Positions 48,337 to 59,041 of a stretch of DNA of 64,000 nucleotides are shown one piece after another. This DNA comes from a virus (taxonomy: Duplodnaviria > Heunggongvirae > Uroviricota > Caudoviricetes), in the IMG/VR virus record IMGVR_UViG_2724679237_000005, positions 32,001-96,000 of that record. One strand, 5' to 3'. Positions within the stretch are counted from its first letter, which is position 1; every line of letters starts with the position of its first letter. The position numbers and the translations under genes were made by a program. Under the pieces are notes generated by a model that was not told the DNA's origin, did not search any database, and worked only from the letters and a program-made list of their open reading frames with translations.

Positions 48337-48660
48337 TTATTGCAGTCCATTTTTTACGCCATACGCGGCTAACCCCAAAAGCAGTGCAGTAATAATGAAC
48401 GACGTTATTTTAGAAACAATGCCGCCAAAGAACCCACTGGAGATGGAATCTAACCGGTTAAGGAGCTTGTCCAGGTTGGAGTGTTGAATACTATGTTGCG
48501 CTGGGGTCATATCACCAAAGTAGGTTTTCAGCTGATCATTGACCTCCTGGCCAATTTCTTCACGTAGCTCTTTGCCTAATTTGCCAACAACCTCCCGAGC
48601 AACGATCGCGGCAATACGCTCAACTTGCTCTGTTGTAACGCCCGCCATCTCGTTCGACAT
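48337..48660 (-). CDS. holin-like small membrane protein
   Basis: single C-terminal TM helix; first gene of lysis cluster; GGAGG RBS. Confidence 0.35.
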   Translation of the reverse strand: MSNEMAGVTTEQVERIAAIVAREVVGKLGKELREEIGQEVNDQLKTYFGDMTPAQHSIQHSNLDKLLNRLDSISSGFFGGIVSKITSFIITALLLGLAAYGVKNGLQ

Positions 48661-48738
48661 GTTTTCCTCCATGAAAAGTCAAATCGGGATGGCGGATTTA
48701 TATCACATTTCACCCTTTTGTTGTAGGTGTGTACTTAC

Positions 48739-48975
48739 CTACCATTCAGCATTGCAACGGACTGATGAGAAAGCACCTACTCCTACCCATCGCCAGTTAT
48801 AGATGCTACCCGCTTTGTATAAGGTATAGTCGTTCACTTTTTTAACAGCATATATGGGTATGACTGTCTCCTGTCCACCAATGATAGCCTCACCATAACA
48901 TATAGGTGTCGGCAATTTCTGGCAGCCAGTAAGAGAGAGAACAACAGCTATTGTTAGAAATAATCTTTTCATCAT
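48739..48975 (-). CDS. lipoprotein (candidate superinfection-exclusion factor)
   Basis: signal peptide with lipobox LTGC; sits between tail-fiber accessory genes and lysis genes. Confidence 0.5.
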   Translation of the reverse strand: MMKRLFLTIAVVLSLTGCQKLPTPICYGEAIIGGQETVIPIYAVKKVNDYTLYKAGSIYNWRWVGVGAFSSVRCNAEW

Positions 48976-48982
48976 TTACTCA

Positions 48983-49591
48983 TCAGTTATACAGATTTCT
49001 ATTTATTACCGGTACTCTGCCATTTACGCTAAAACTATGGCCGCCATTAAGTTGGTTTACGAATATAGAGCTAACAGTATTTCCATATGCCGCATATCCA
49101 TAAACCATTGTCATGGCCCCGCCCGGTACTGGAACCGCGAACACATTTGCATATGTTGGGATTATCGCTGGCGGGTAATCAAAAACATGCCCTCCAGAAC
49201 TGTTCCACTCCGTATTATTAAGAAAGGTAAATGAAAGTGGGATATTTGCCGTATTATAGATCTCCTCTCCTCGCGCATTGAAAAAACTCATGCCCCAAGT
49301 TTCTTTTTTGGCTATACCTTTCGAAAATACGTATATCGTGGCACTAGAGTCGCTACCCTGACCTCCGAAACTGTAAATCACCTGGTTGTTACGCACTATT
49401 CTGTTGGCTATTAATGAAACAGCTTTCGAATAGGCAACAAAAATCATCGGTGAACGATCTGGAGATATTTGGGTGTTAAACTCTGTCCCGCCGGACAAAG
49501 AAACAACCTGCTTTCTCTGAAAAACGATAGGAGACAAAGAAGGAGACATCCAGACCTTCCCGTCAGATCGATATATCTTGCTTCCGTACAT
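48983..49591 (-). CDS. hypothetical protein downstream of tail fiber
   Basis: 202-aa ORF. Confidence 0.45.
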   Translation of the reverse strand: MYGSKIYRSDGKVWMSPSLSPIVFQRKQVVSLSGGTEFNTQISPDRSPMIFVAYSKAVSLIANRIVRNNQVIYSFGGQGSDSSATIYVFSKGIAKKETWGMSFFNARGEEIYNTANIPLSFTFLNNTEWNSSGGHVFDYPPAIIPTYANVFAVPVPGGAMTMVYGYAAYGNTVSSIFVNQLNGGHSFSVNGRVPVINRNLYN

Positions 49592-49845
49592 TATTTTTGA
49601 AAAACCAATATGTTTAAATTACCACTAGCTCCAGACCACGAAATGGTATTTCCAGAAACCGTAAGACTTGTGTATTTTCCATTGGTTACGTCCATTATGT
49701 AATAGTCGATTCCCAATCCCGCCTCAACCTCATATGTTCTACTTCCTGAACCAGAGGGAGTAAAATAATCGAGATAATAAACAGGGGCCAACGCATCGAC
49801 CATCTCCTGTCTTGATGGCGACCAAACCTGTGCACCATAGCTCAT
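49591..49845 (-). CDS. hypothetical protein downstream of tail fiber
   Basis: 84-aa ORF with AAGGA RBS. Confidence 0.45.
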   Translation of the reverse strand: MSYGAQVWSPSRQEMVDALAPVYYLDYFTPSGSGSRTYEVEAGLGIDYYIMDVTNGKYTSLTVSGNTISWSGASGNLNILVFQK

Positions 49846-49905
49846 AAATATATCCTTATACTTTTAAGCAGGGGCTGGTTTAGTTCCAGCCCCGATTGAA
49901 GTTGT

Positions 49906-52900
49906 TTATTCTTTAGGTGAATTTAACTTCGTTTCAAGCTCCTCAACCCTTTTGGTCAATTGCTGAATATGATGAATGAGTGGTACAACCAAACGCTCAT
50001 ACATCACTCCTTCAGCGACCATACCATTTGAGGAAATATCTCCTGGAGAATCATTATTTGTTGGTTCACGCCAATGGACATATTGCGGGGCAATCTCACC
50101 AACCTCTTCAGCAATAAGGCCGTAATACCCCCAATCCTTTCGGTCACCTCGACAAATTGAACGATACCAAACAGGTCTTAATGACAAAAGTTCATCAGCA
50201 TATCGATCTTGTAATGTTTCAATATCCTTTTTATAGCGCCTTGAAGATGTTGAACGCCAAACTGTATTGATACCTGGGTTTGGATCAATGTACATATTGG
50301 CACCGCTAGTAGTTGTGCCAATATCCCATATAGCAAACCCTCCACTACCGCCTGATTTGACAACCAGTGTTTCAGCAATAATATCCAGGTTGCCACTATA
50401 GCCTGTCAGTGATGATCTGCTTGCATAGGAACTTAGAAGGTTTGTTACCTCTGTTTTCGTATAAGCATTAAGGTTAGCCGCAGTCAAAGTAATATCGGCA
50501 GAGCCATCAAACGCCACACCAGCAATTTTCCTTGCTGTCTGCAATTTTGTGGCTGTTGCGGCATTACCAGTAGTATTCTGATTACCGGTTGTATTCACAC
50601 CAGGGATTGAATCCTTAGCGGTATATACCTGCGCCCACGCTGACCATGCCGCATCAGTGGTATCTCTTCTGGAGCGAATGAAAACCGGCGCATGTGCACC
50701 GCTCGTACCACTCCAGCCAATAAGCAACTCGCCCTCACCAGCAGCACTCGCACCTTTCATGTGCAATACGTTGCCATACGTGGTCGGGTAGCTATTGTTG
50801 TACGCCTCGTACATTTGAATGCCAGCAGTACCTTGAGTAGAACCGCTTAAAGCCGTAACTCGACCACGAGAAACCAATGTATTAATATTGATATCACCTG
50901 AACCATCAAACTTAACACCATTGATGTTTCTCGCTGTTTGCAACTTCGTAGCTGTTGAAGCATTGCCATTCAAGCTACCATTTACGCCACCAGTAACATT
51001 TAGTCCATTACCAATAGACACAACACCGCTGCTATTATTAATTATAATCGGTCGCAAACTGTTCCATGAACCTAACGTATCTCCTGATGCTGTTAGCATG
51101 AAATATGTGCTGCCGCCGTCATTACGGATAAAGAACCCGTAGTTACCGTAAGCAATGCGGAAACCATTTGCATATTTTGAAACGATCTCACCAGAAGACG
51201 TTAACCCTCCAGATAATGTGCCACCTGAAAGCGGTAATGCTCCTACATCAGAAGCTGTTGGTTTGTTTCTAGTGTTATAAGAACGACGCCAGCCTGGTGC
51301 ATAATCACTTCCATTGTACACATAAATAAATTCCGCATTGTTAACACCACCATGACCCGATGTTGTTGTCGTTGTAACACGAATAGTGTAGTGGCTTGTT
51401 GCCTTATTACTAAACACCTCAATCACGGAACCAGATAGATCGATCCTACCGCAACCAGTGTCGTCTATATAATTATTGTTGGCGTAAGTCCATGAGCACC
51501 GTGCGATCCAATGTTTGTTTGTAAATGCCCCCTGATTATTTAGCCAAGTTATAAATTGAGCAGTCGTAAATGCCGTTCCGTTACCACTATTTAACCATCC
51601 AGCGGCAGCGGTTGGCGCGTTTATATCAGCCGGCTGAGGCATAAATCCAGTCGTGTAAACCTGCTCCCAACCACTTTCAAAACCATAGCCATCTCTTGAG
51701 GAACGGTAGAACAGACCACCATTTTTATAGTGAGCTTTAATTTGAAGCGTACGGCAACTACCTACACCGGTATAAAAGTTGGCAAGAATATAACTGTCGC
51801 CTGTTCTAGTTACATTGTAAGCACCAGATTCAGCATTCCACGGCACGCCACCATCAGCATCCGCATATGACCCTGTTGCCCTTCTTGCGAAAGCGGCAAC
51901 ATGCGCAGCGGTTAAAGTGATATCAGTAGAACCATCAAATGGAACACCGGATATTTTTCTTGCAGTCTGAAGTTTTGTAGCAGTTGCAGCATTACCAGTG
52001 GTGTTCTGATTACCCGTAGTGTTTACACCTGGAAGGTTGATATTTGCAGAACCGTCGAAACCAACTCCACCGATAGATCTTGCCGTCTGCAATTTCGTTG
52101 CTGTACTTGCATTACCATTTAATGTTCCGGTGATCCCACCAGTAACAGACAACGGACCTGAAACTGTTCCTCCGGTTGTTGGCAGTGCTCCAATATCTAA
52201 CGGCGTCGGTTTCTGATGTGTGCTATACATCGTATAAACAACACCATCGGTAACGCTGGAAGGCTTACTCGCTGAATATGTTGGCGATGTATAAATAGAA
52301 ACTGACGCATTTGCAGTACAATCCCAATGGATATTTACACTCGTCGCATAATTGCCAATTTCAACGTAAATATCATATGTATCGCCGGATGTGTTGATCC
52401 AGGCGAAATTCGTTAATCCGACAGCTGTACGCTTCCACAAAGCACCTGTAATCCCTTTGGGGTTTCCATTGCCTGCTCGTAGAACCAGTTCTGAAATGCC
52501 TGCCTGATGTGGGGAGCCGACGTTGTAACCAGCGCCACCAATCAATGCGATGTAAACGATGGAACTCGCTTGTGGCATTGTAACAGTAGCCAGTTTGAAC
52601 CACCCGGCCCCGCCAGAGAAAGACATCGTTATTGAATTTAAAGTACCAATATCTTTCGGCGTTAATGTGATATCCGCAGTCAGTGCTTTCCCGTTAATTT
52701 TTCGGTTAGATGGCACCCTGCTGTTCGCATTGTCATTGACTACTTTAACTGCTTTTGGCGTTGCGGCCAGCGATTCACTGGTGCTGTCGACAGCACTGCT
52801 AAGTTTCACAACACCTTTAGTTGTAAGGCTTGCGTCTTCCATCGCAACTGCACCGGCAATCTCTTCAGCACGATCAGCAGCAGCTTCCGCACGGGTCGCA

Positions 52901-54204
52901 GCGGATTCAGCAGCAGTTTTGCTCTGAGATGCTGCCGTCGCACTGCCTGCCGCCTCTGTTGCTTTCGTGGATGCCGTCGTGGCGCTGCCCTTCGCTGCTG
53001 ACGCCTGTCTGGTCGCCTCATCTTTTGAAGCAGACGCAGATGATGCCGATGACGCTGCCGAACTGGCGGACGATGCGGCTGCCGTTTTTGAGGATTCTGC
53101 ACGGGTTTCCGACGCTTTCGCGTTCGTTTCGGATGTCTTCGCTGCGGAAGCAGACCTCGCTGCTGCGCTGGCCTGTTCAGTGGCTTCGCCAGCCTTCGTT
53201 GTGGCTGTTGAAGCAGACGATGCGGCACTTTCTGCCGATTTTCCGGCGGCGGTGGCACTGGCTGAGGCCTGCCCGGCACTTGTTGACGCGGCACTGGCAG
53301 ACGACGCAGCCGCTGTTTTTGAGCCTGCCGCAGCCGAGGCGCTCTGTCCCGCTGCCGTTTCAGAAGACCTGGCGTTCGTCTCGGACGTTTTTGCCGCCTT
53401 CGCGGAATTTCCTGCCGCCGTTGCCGAGGAAGCGGCATTACTGGCGCTCGAGGCTGCGCTCGTTTCTGATGATTTCGCTGCCTCTTTTGAGGCCGCCGCA
53501 TCCCGGGCTGAGGTGGCAGCTTCTGACGCCTTCGTGGTCGCGGTGGATGCAGAAGTGGCTGCAGATTTTTGTGACGCTGCAGCATTCGTTTCAGACGTTT
53601 TCGCGGCACCGGCACTGGTGGCCGCCGCGCTTTTTGAGGACTCTGCAGCGGATGCACTTTGAGACGCTTGAGAGGCTTTTTCTCCAGCGGTATTGGCGCT
53701 TTCTGCTGCTGCGGCAGCACTGGCCGCCGCCTCACGAGCTTTGTCGCCAGCAGCATCAATCGCGTCAGTGTTATTTTTATACCACTCAACGTTTTCGTTG
53801 TGCTCGTTGACGATCTGCATTAGCGGCTTAACGGTCACTTCTGTACCGTCTTCACGCTCGATTGTCACCTCATCCAGAGCAGTCAACCAACTGCGCATGG
53901 ACTTGGAATCAGCCGACATACGCGACATTAGTGCTGTAAAGCGCGCGCTAAACTGTGTTAAGTCGCCTTCATAGGTCGTAATGATTCGGCACGGAACTTC
54001 AGACTGAGTTTCGCCGGTATAAGGTTCTGAGAGAACAATGTTCGTATCACTGGTTACGCGCTTGATCTCATACAGCTTATTGTCGGGGCCAATGACGATC
54101 ATCCCCGGCAACACACCATTAGCTGTTACGTTCCAGGCTGTCCCTGCCCCAACCAGAGTATTGCTGCCCTGTGTAAATGTGATAGTACCTTCCCTGTACC
54201 ACAT
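49906..54204 (-). CDS. side tail fiber with C-terminal intramolecular-chaperone-like domain
   Basis: repeated NGNASTATKLQTAR-I-GV-FDGS fiber repeats; long Ala/Ser/Thr-rich region; C-terminal region resembles self-cleaving chaperone domains. Confidence 0.75.
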   Translation of the reverse strand: MWYREGTITFTQGSNTLVGAGTAWNVTANGVLPGMIVIGPDNKLYEIKRVTSDTNIVLSEPYTGETQSEVPCRIITTYEGDLTQFSARFTALMSRMSADSKSMRSWLTALDEVTIEREDGTEVTVKPLMQIVNEHNENVEWYKNNTDAIDAAGDKAREAAASAAAAAESANTAGEKASQASQSASAAESSKSAAATSAGAAKTSETNAAASQKSAATSASTATTKASEAATSARDAAASKEAAKSSETSAASSASNAASSATAAGNSAKAAKTSETNARSSETAAGQSASAAAGSKTAAASSASAASTSAGQASASATAAGKSAESAASSASTATTKAGEATEQASAAARSASAAKTSETNAKASETRAESSKTAAASSASSAASSASSASASKDEATRQASAAKGSATTASTKATEAAGSATAASQSKTAAESAATRAEAAADRAEEIAGAVAMEDASLTTKGVVKLSSAVDSTSESLAATPKAVKVVNDNANSRVPSNRKINGKALTADITLTPKDIGTLNSITMSFSGGAGWFKLATVTMPQASSIVYIALIGGAGYNVGSPHQAGISELVLRAGNGNPKGITGALWKRTAVGLTNFAWINTSGDTYDIYVEIGNYATSVNIHWDCTANASVSIYTSPTYSASKPSSVTDGVVYTMYSTHQKPTPLDIGALPTTGGTVSGPLSVTGGITGTLNGNASTATKLQTARSIGGVGFDGSANINLPGVNTTGNQNTTGNAATATKLQTARKISGVPFDGSTDITLTAAHVAAFARRATGSYADADGGVPWNAESGAYNVTRTGDSYILANFYTGVGSCRTLQIKAHYKNGGLFYRSSRDGYGFESGWEQVYTTGFMPQPADINAPTAAAGWLNSGNGTAFTTAQFITWLNNQGAFTNKHWIARCSWTYANNNYIDDTGCGRIDLSGSVIEVFSNKATSHYTIRVTTTTTSGHGGVNNAEFIYVYNGSDYAPGWRRSYNTRNKPTASDVGALPLSGGTLSGGLTSSGEIVSKYANGFRIAYGNYGFFIRNDGGSTYFMLTASGDTLGSWNSLRPIIINNSSGVVSIGNGLNVTGGVNGSLNGNASTATKLQTARNINGVKFDGSGDININTLVSRGRVTALSGSTQGTAGIQMYEAYNNSYPTTYGNVLHMKGASAAGEGELLIGWSGTSGAHAPVFIRSRRDTTDAAWSAWAQVYTAKDSIPGVNTTGNQNTTGNAATATKLQTARKIAGVAFDGSADITLTAANLNAYTKTEVTNLLSSYASRSSLTGYSGNLDIIAETLVVKSGGSGGFAIWDIGTTTSGANMYIDPNPGINTVWRSTSSRRYKKDIETLQDRYADELLSLRPVWYRSICRGDRKDWGYYGLIAEEVGEIAPQYVHWREPTNNDSPGDISSNGMVAEGVMYERLVVPLIHHIQQLTKRVEELETKLNSPKE
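52760..53770. repeat. low-complexity Ala/Ser/Thr-rich coding repeats inside tail fiber gene
   Basis: GC-rich repetitive codons leave all frames open (source of spurious overlapping ORFs). Confidence 0.6.
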
Positions 54205-54296
54205 GTTGAATATGCTCCTTGATTTGGTGGGCTATCCTTGCCCACCATTAAGTATGTACCTACTTATTTTTACCGATATAAATATTTTTTTCTACA

Positions 54297-57200
54297 TTAC
54301 AGAAGGCCAATTCTTACTCGTAGGACGTTGTTATCGTCATAAACGTCAATCCGCTGACCATTTATGACCAGTCGCCCATTACCCCCGCTATTACCGTTGA
54401 TCTCAAGCGTTCCATTTTTGCCGAACCGCCATCCAGATCTACCGCTAACAAAATTGGTAGATTGCAGATCGCCTACTTTTGCATTGGTGATTGTGCCATC
54501 CTTGATATACGCACCATTCATATAGGCGATACTGTTTTCGATAACAAATGGCGTGGTGATCTTCCCGTTAACAGAGTTGACCAAACCAAACCTGTCAGCC
54601 TGCACCAAAAACTGAGAAAGGCCAGTGGTGTCGATACCAAGCGCAATACCAGCAACATACTTCTGCCCTCCGCTCGTTGAAGTTTCCATTTTCAACGTCC
54701 ACGCGGTTGACACTTTTTTGTTGGTATCAGCAATAGCTGTTGCCTGCTGTTGAATTGTCGCGGTATTTCCATCCACCTCTGCTTTCAGAGTATCGATTCG
54801 CCCACTCAGAGCATTATCTGCCTGCGTTCTCGCTGTCGTTTCAGTTGTTACCGCCGCGGAAATGTTGGCTGCCGTTTGAGACTCTAAGTTTGTGATTTGA
54901 GTCGCCAATGCAGCATCTTGCTCTGTACGCGTTTTCGTTTCGGTTGCTACAGCCGCTTTAATATCCTCTTTGTATTGAGAGGTCAGCTTGGTGATCTGAG
55001 ACGACAACGCCGAGTCAGCATCAGTTCGAGCCTGCGTTTCAACTGCAACGGCCGCACTAATATCTTTCGCTGTCTGTGCTTTTAAACTTGAAACCTCTTT
55101 TGTTAAAGCGGTATCACCATCAGCACGAGCCGTTGTTTCTCTGGCAAGAGATGCCTCGAGATCATTAGCTTTTGCTGTAAGAGACGAAATCTGAGTGGAC
55201 AATGCACTATCGGCATCAGTCCTTGCCTTTGTCTCTACAGCAACCGCTGCGGCAATATCAGTTCCGGTTTGTGCTCGCAGGCTGTTAATTTCTCGTGAGA
55301 GCGCCTGGTCAGCACTTGCTCTGGCCTCCTGCTCCTGAGTGATGGCAGCGGATATATCACCGTCAACCTTTGACTGAAGCTGGTTTATTTGTTTGGCTAA
55401 CGCAGAGTCCCCGCTTGCTCGGGCCTCCTGCTCACTACGTATTGCAGCAGAAATATCATCATCAACCTTTGCCTGAAGTTGGGTGATCTGGCTTGCCAGA
55501 GCCGAATCTTCCGTTGCTCGGGCTTCTTGCTCTTCCTTAATAGCTGCGACGATATCGTTGCTTACTTTCGACTCAAGCTGAGTGATCTGTGTCGTCAGAG
55601 CTTCATCGGCAGATGTGCGAGCCTCCTGCTCTGTACTAATCGCCGCGCTGATATCTCCTTCAAACTTAGATTGCAGCTGAGTGACACGCTTTGCCAACGC
55701 TTCATCGCCATCGGCACGAGCGGTGGACTCTTCCAGAATACTGGCCTTAATGTCTTCGCCAATTTCTACGCGAATTTCCTCAACCTTCGTGGCCATTGCA
55801 GACATATCATCAGCAAAGGTTTTCTGTGTTGTTGCGATCTTCGCGTTATTGACCATCTGCTTGTGCTGGTCTTCATCTTGACGAAGAGCCAGGTCAATAT
55901 TTGTTTTGGCTAACGCCTCAATGTTCGTAGTCAGTTCTGCACTGGCACGATCGACCTCTGCAACCGTCTTTTTCATTTCTTCAACGGCAGCGGAGCTTTC
56001 CTCTACCGTTGACTGCAACACTTCCAGTTGTTTAGCGTTTGCAGCATCGCCTTCAACACGAGCCTCGCTTTCCTTAGCAATAAGAGCCGCCGCTTCATCT
56101 CTTGCAGCCTTTATTGCCTCGACTGTATTAGCGAGAGCTTTATCGTGTTCAGATACGGTGTTTTCGATTTCAACAATTGCAGCATCAGTAGCATCAATTT
56201 TTTCAAACGCTTCATTGACCTTGTCGATCGTTGCCGAAACCTCACCTTTAAGCTCGGTTTGTGCGTTCTCCAAAGCATCGCTACGCTCGTTGAATTTTAT
56301 TTCAAAACCCGCGAGGTTATCGCTGAACTGCTTATCTAATTCAGCTATATCTTCCTTAACGTCGTTTACCGACCCCTCCAAAGATTCGACGCTCTGGTTG
56401 ATATGCTCATTTAACTCGTCAACTGCTTCTTGAGAGGCTTTGCTGTTGATGTCCTCAAGCAGAGCCTGACCAAGCTCGGAAGATGTAATTTTGCCAGCCA
56501 GGAACGACAGTACATCGCGAGTTGTCGCCTCTGTACCCAAGTTTGAGTTCGGAGGGCTTAACATACCTCGCTTGTTCGATGCTCGAACCCAGTAATACCA
56601 CGTTTCGCTATCCCCAAGACCAGCATGTGTAAAGGTGGTGCTTGCAGACTCTGCGATCAGTTTCGCCGTATCCAGATTGTTGGTCTGGGATGCGTAAACA
56701 TTAATGTGATCAAGGTCTACCGAATCTGGATTAACCCAATTCAGTATCACATTACGATAGTCTCCAACGGCCGTTAATGACGTTGGTGCATCCGGCGGTG
56801 TCATTGTGCCCAGCACCTGATAAACGGTACTGATAATTTCTGTTTTTTTACCGTTGAATGAAACCGCATACAGTTGGAAGTCGTAGCGTCCATTCTCCGC
56901 GACATTAACGATTTCGTATTGCTCTTCGGTTACACGCGCCGATTGCCAGTTCGATACATTGTTTTCATCAGAACGTCGCCAACTGATCCAATACTCTGGA
57001 GATTTTCCTTCCCATGTTGCAGTCAGTTTTACTGACAGGTTGCCCGGGCTTGAGAGATAAGTCCCTTCAGTGATTTGCAGATTAGATGGCTTGGAGTAAG
57101 TTGGGTCCAATACCGTCGTATTCTGCGGGATCAGCGTTGCGCCATTGTCGATTGCCTCATATTTAGACGGATTGTTCTCAACAGCGGTGATGTCAAAGCT

Positions 57201-59024
57201 ACCCGGCGTTTCCCCCTGCGCGATGTTAACGATGCGAACGCGCATAGGTTCGAGATCTGGTTCTGTAATTGTCCAGACACCGTTCAAAACAGGCGTTTCC
57301 GCTGACGACAGGGCTTTTGAAAACGTAACCTTTGTTATGTTTTCGCCAGTTTCAAGAACATCGCGTTCAACGATTTTGCCTTCCTGATTCAATATCCGAA
57401 TAAAGCTGCCGCTTTTAGCTAACGACACAGGCGCATCGAGAGTGATGCTGTTTTTGGTAAACTCCACAATTCGACCGGAGTTACGTTTACCTGCACGATA
57501 TTTGTTCTGAATCAGAACGGTTTCACCAGGCATCAGAAATGAGGCGTCTAAGCCGGCAGTAAATGTAATTACATCCGACTCCATTCTGGCGGTATACAAA
57601 AGCCACAAACCAACTCGGTGAGCCTGGCCTCGGCTTGTACATCCAAATGCTACGACTTCTGTTTTACGCTCACCATAACGGCGCATTGCGTCCTGATCTT
57701 CAACGTATTCGATGTTTTGCTTATAACCGTCCTCCTTGTTGTTGTAGGTTACGAGCGCAACGGATGGGCGATCTTTACGCGCAGAACCTTTATAGGTAAA
57801 CAGTCCATCTTTGACGTTGGAGTTGGTAAACATCATTACCGGATCTGATGGGCTATCCTGCATGATGTTAACCATGCCACCAGCCCAAAACACCATGCCG
57901 CGGAATGCACCGGCAATATCCTGAATTAATCGGTATGCGTCTTGTCGACTGGTGATCTGCGTATTGATTGCAAAGCGTTTCTCTTTACCCCCAAAGCCAT
58001 CATCGACCTCTTCGTCACAATATCGACCAATCTGGTAGAGCTGGCCGAGGTCAATCATGGATTCCGACACAAATTGCCCAAGACCATACCGAGTATTGGT
58101 AAGCAAATCGTAGAGAATCCACGCAGGGTTTGAAGAAGACAACAGCTTAAAAGTACCGTCCCATACGCCGACATAAGTATTGGTGTATTCGTTGTAGTTT
58201 GACGGTACTCGGATTTTGATACCGCGCACCAAATACGAACGGGAAGGCATTGTGCTACCAAACTGCTCTGAATTGACCTTCAAGCCAACAAGAGCAGAGT
58301 TAGGGTAGTTCATTGGCGTGTCGACAATCTCACCTATGGAATCAACCCATGTGTCGTTGTAGAGGTACTGGCTACTGTTATCATCTGTAAGACGAATCAC
58401 CCTAACCTTGTATGCACGACCAGGCTTAGGTAGTTTCAGCTCATAGCTACGGTAATACACGCCTGTTTTCTTTGCCGTTAGCGTGATATCAACGCTTTTT
58501 TCACCTTCAGCGACCACATCTACAAATGTTGAGTCGCCATTTGCTATCTGGAACTTGTACTCAACAGTCGTACCGTTCGTGTCACCAGTTTTTTTATCTA
58601 TGCTTCGCAAAGAAGGAAACTTCATGATGACACGAACCCGATCAGCTTCATCGTTATCGATTGAAACCGTTACATAATGTGTTTTTTTTAACTGGATATT
58701 GACGGATTTAGGCGTTTCAACGAAATCAAAGCCAGACATTGGAGTCTGGTCTTGTGAACCGTCGCGAAAATCCCATGTGATTCCGCTGAAGTTGGAGGAA
58801 CCGTCTTCATTTACAATCGGCAGATCGTCGATAAAAATAGATCTTGCGCCATTTACTAAGCCGCCAATTACCCCTTCCCCAAGAAGATCGAGGATAGCGG
58901 CCATTGCACGAGAATTTACGGTATCGTCGGCTTCAACCGGTGTACGGCTGGAGCTTTTGCTGCTTTTTTTACCACCCGCACCGGCAATAAACAGCGGTAG
59001 CTTTTTCTTCTTGAACTGTTCCAT
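54297..59024 (-). CDS. lambda J-like tail tip / host-specificity protein with internal coiled-coil repeat array
   Basis: N-terminal half collinear with J-type central tail fiber proteins; position after I/K/L/M homologs; start at ATG 59024. Confidence 0.8.
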   Translation of the reverse strand: MEQFKKKKLPLFIAGAGGKKSSKSSSRTPVEADDTVNSRAMAAILDLLGEGVIGGLVNGARSIFIDDLPIVNEDGSSNFSGITWDFRDGSQDQTPMSGFDFVETPKSVNIQLKKTHYVTVSIDNDEADRVRVIMKFPSLRSIDKKTGDTNGTTVEYKFQIANGDSTFVDVVAEGEKSVDITLTAKKTGVYYRSYELKLPKPGRAYKVRVIRLTDDNSSQYLYNDTWVDSIGEIVDTPMNYPNSALVGLKVNSEQFGSTMPSRSYLVRGIKIRVPSNYNEYTNTYVGVWDGTFKLLSSSNPAWILYDLLTNTRYGLGQFVSESMIDLGQLYQIGRYCDEEVDDGFGGKEKRFAINTQITSRQDAYRLIQDIAGAFRGMVFWAGGMVNIMQDSPSDPVMMFTNSNVKDGLFTYKGSARKDRPSVALVTYNNKEDGYKQNIEYVEDQDAMRRYGERKTEVVAFGCTSRGQAHRVGLWLLYTARMESDVITFTAGLDASFLMPGETVLIQNKYRAGKRNSGRIVEFTKNSITLDAPVSLAKSGSFIRILNQEGKIVERDVLETGENITKVTFSKALSSAETPVLNGVWTITEPDLEPMRVRIVNIAQGETPGSFDITAVENNPSKYEAIDNGATLIPQNTTVLDPTYSKPSNLQITEGTYLSSPGNLSVKLTATWEGKSPEYWISWRRSDENNVSNWQSARVTEEQYEIVNVAENGRYDFQLYAVSFNGKKTEIISTVYQVLGTMTPPDAPTSLTAVGDYRNVILNWVNPDSVDLDHINVYASQTNNLDTAKLIAESASTTFTHAGLGDSETWYYWVRASNKRGMLSPPNSNLGTEATTRDVLSFLAGKITSSELGQALLEDINSKASQEAVDELNEHINQSVESLEGSVNDVKEDIAELDKQFSDNLAGFEIKFNERSDALENAQTELKGEVSATIDKVNEAFEKIDATDAAIVEIENTVSEHDKALANTVEAIKAARDEAAALIAKESEARVEGDAANAKQLEVLQSTVEESSAAVEEMKKTVAEVDRASAELTTNIEALAKTNIDLALRQDEDQHKQMVNNAKIATTQKTFADDMSAMATKVEEIRVEIGEDIKASILEESTARADGDEALAKRVTQLQSKFEGDISAAISTEQEARTSADEALTTQITQLESKVSNDIVAAIKEEQEARATEDSALASQITQLQAKVDDDISAAIRSEQEARASGDSALAKQINQLQSKVDGDISAAITQEQEARASADQALSREINSLRAQTGTDIAAAVAVETKARTDADSALSTQISSLTAKANDLEASLARETTARADGDTALTKEVSSLKAQTAKDISAAVAVETQARTDADSALSSQITKLTSQYKEDIKAAVATETKTRTEQDAALATQITNLESQTAANISAAVTTETTARTQADNALSGRIDTLKAEVDGNTATIQQQATAIADTNKKVSTAWTLKMETSTSGGQKYVAGIALGIDTTGLSQFLVQADRFGLVNSVNGKITTPFVIENSIAYMNGAYIKDGTITNAKVGDLQSTNFVSGRSGWRFGKNGTLEINGNSGGNGRLVINGQRIDVYDDNNVLRVRIGLL
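54920..56030. repeat. about 11 tandem 99-bp (33-aa) coding repeats within J-like gene
   Basis: periodic DISAAI..EQEAR..AD.AL..QI.QL units; DNA periodicity visible. Confidence 0.6.
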
Positions 59025-59041
59025 GTTCAAAAAATCCTTGT

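Noticed and set aside
52806-53810. Long overlapping ORFs on both strands (327, 326 and 231 aa) inside the tail fiber gene
   Set aside because: They lie within the GC-rich Ala/Ser/Thr repeat region where all frames stay open; the proteins are low-complexity Pro/Arg/Gln or Ala strings; the tail fiber frame is the coherent one.
55479-56433. Plus-strand ORFs of 103 to 175 aa inside the J-like gene
   Set aside because: Antisense to the tandem coiled-coil repeat region; repeat periodicity keeps the frame open.
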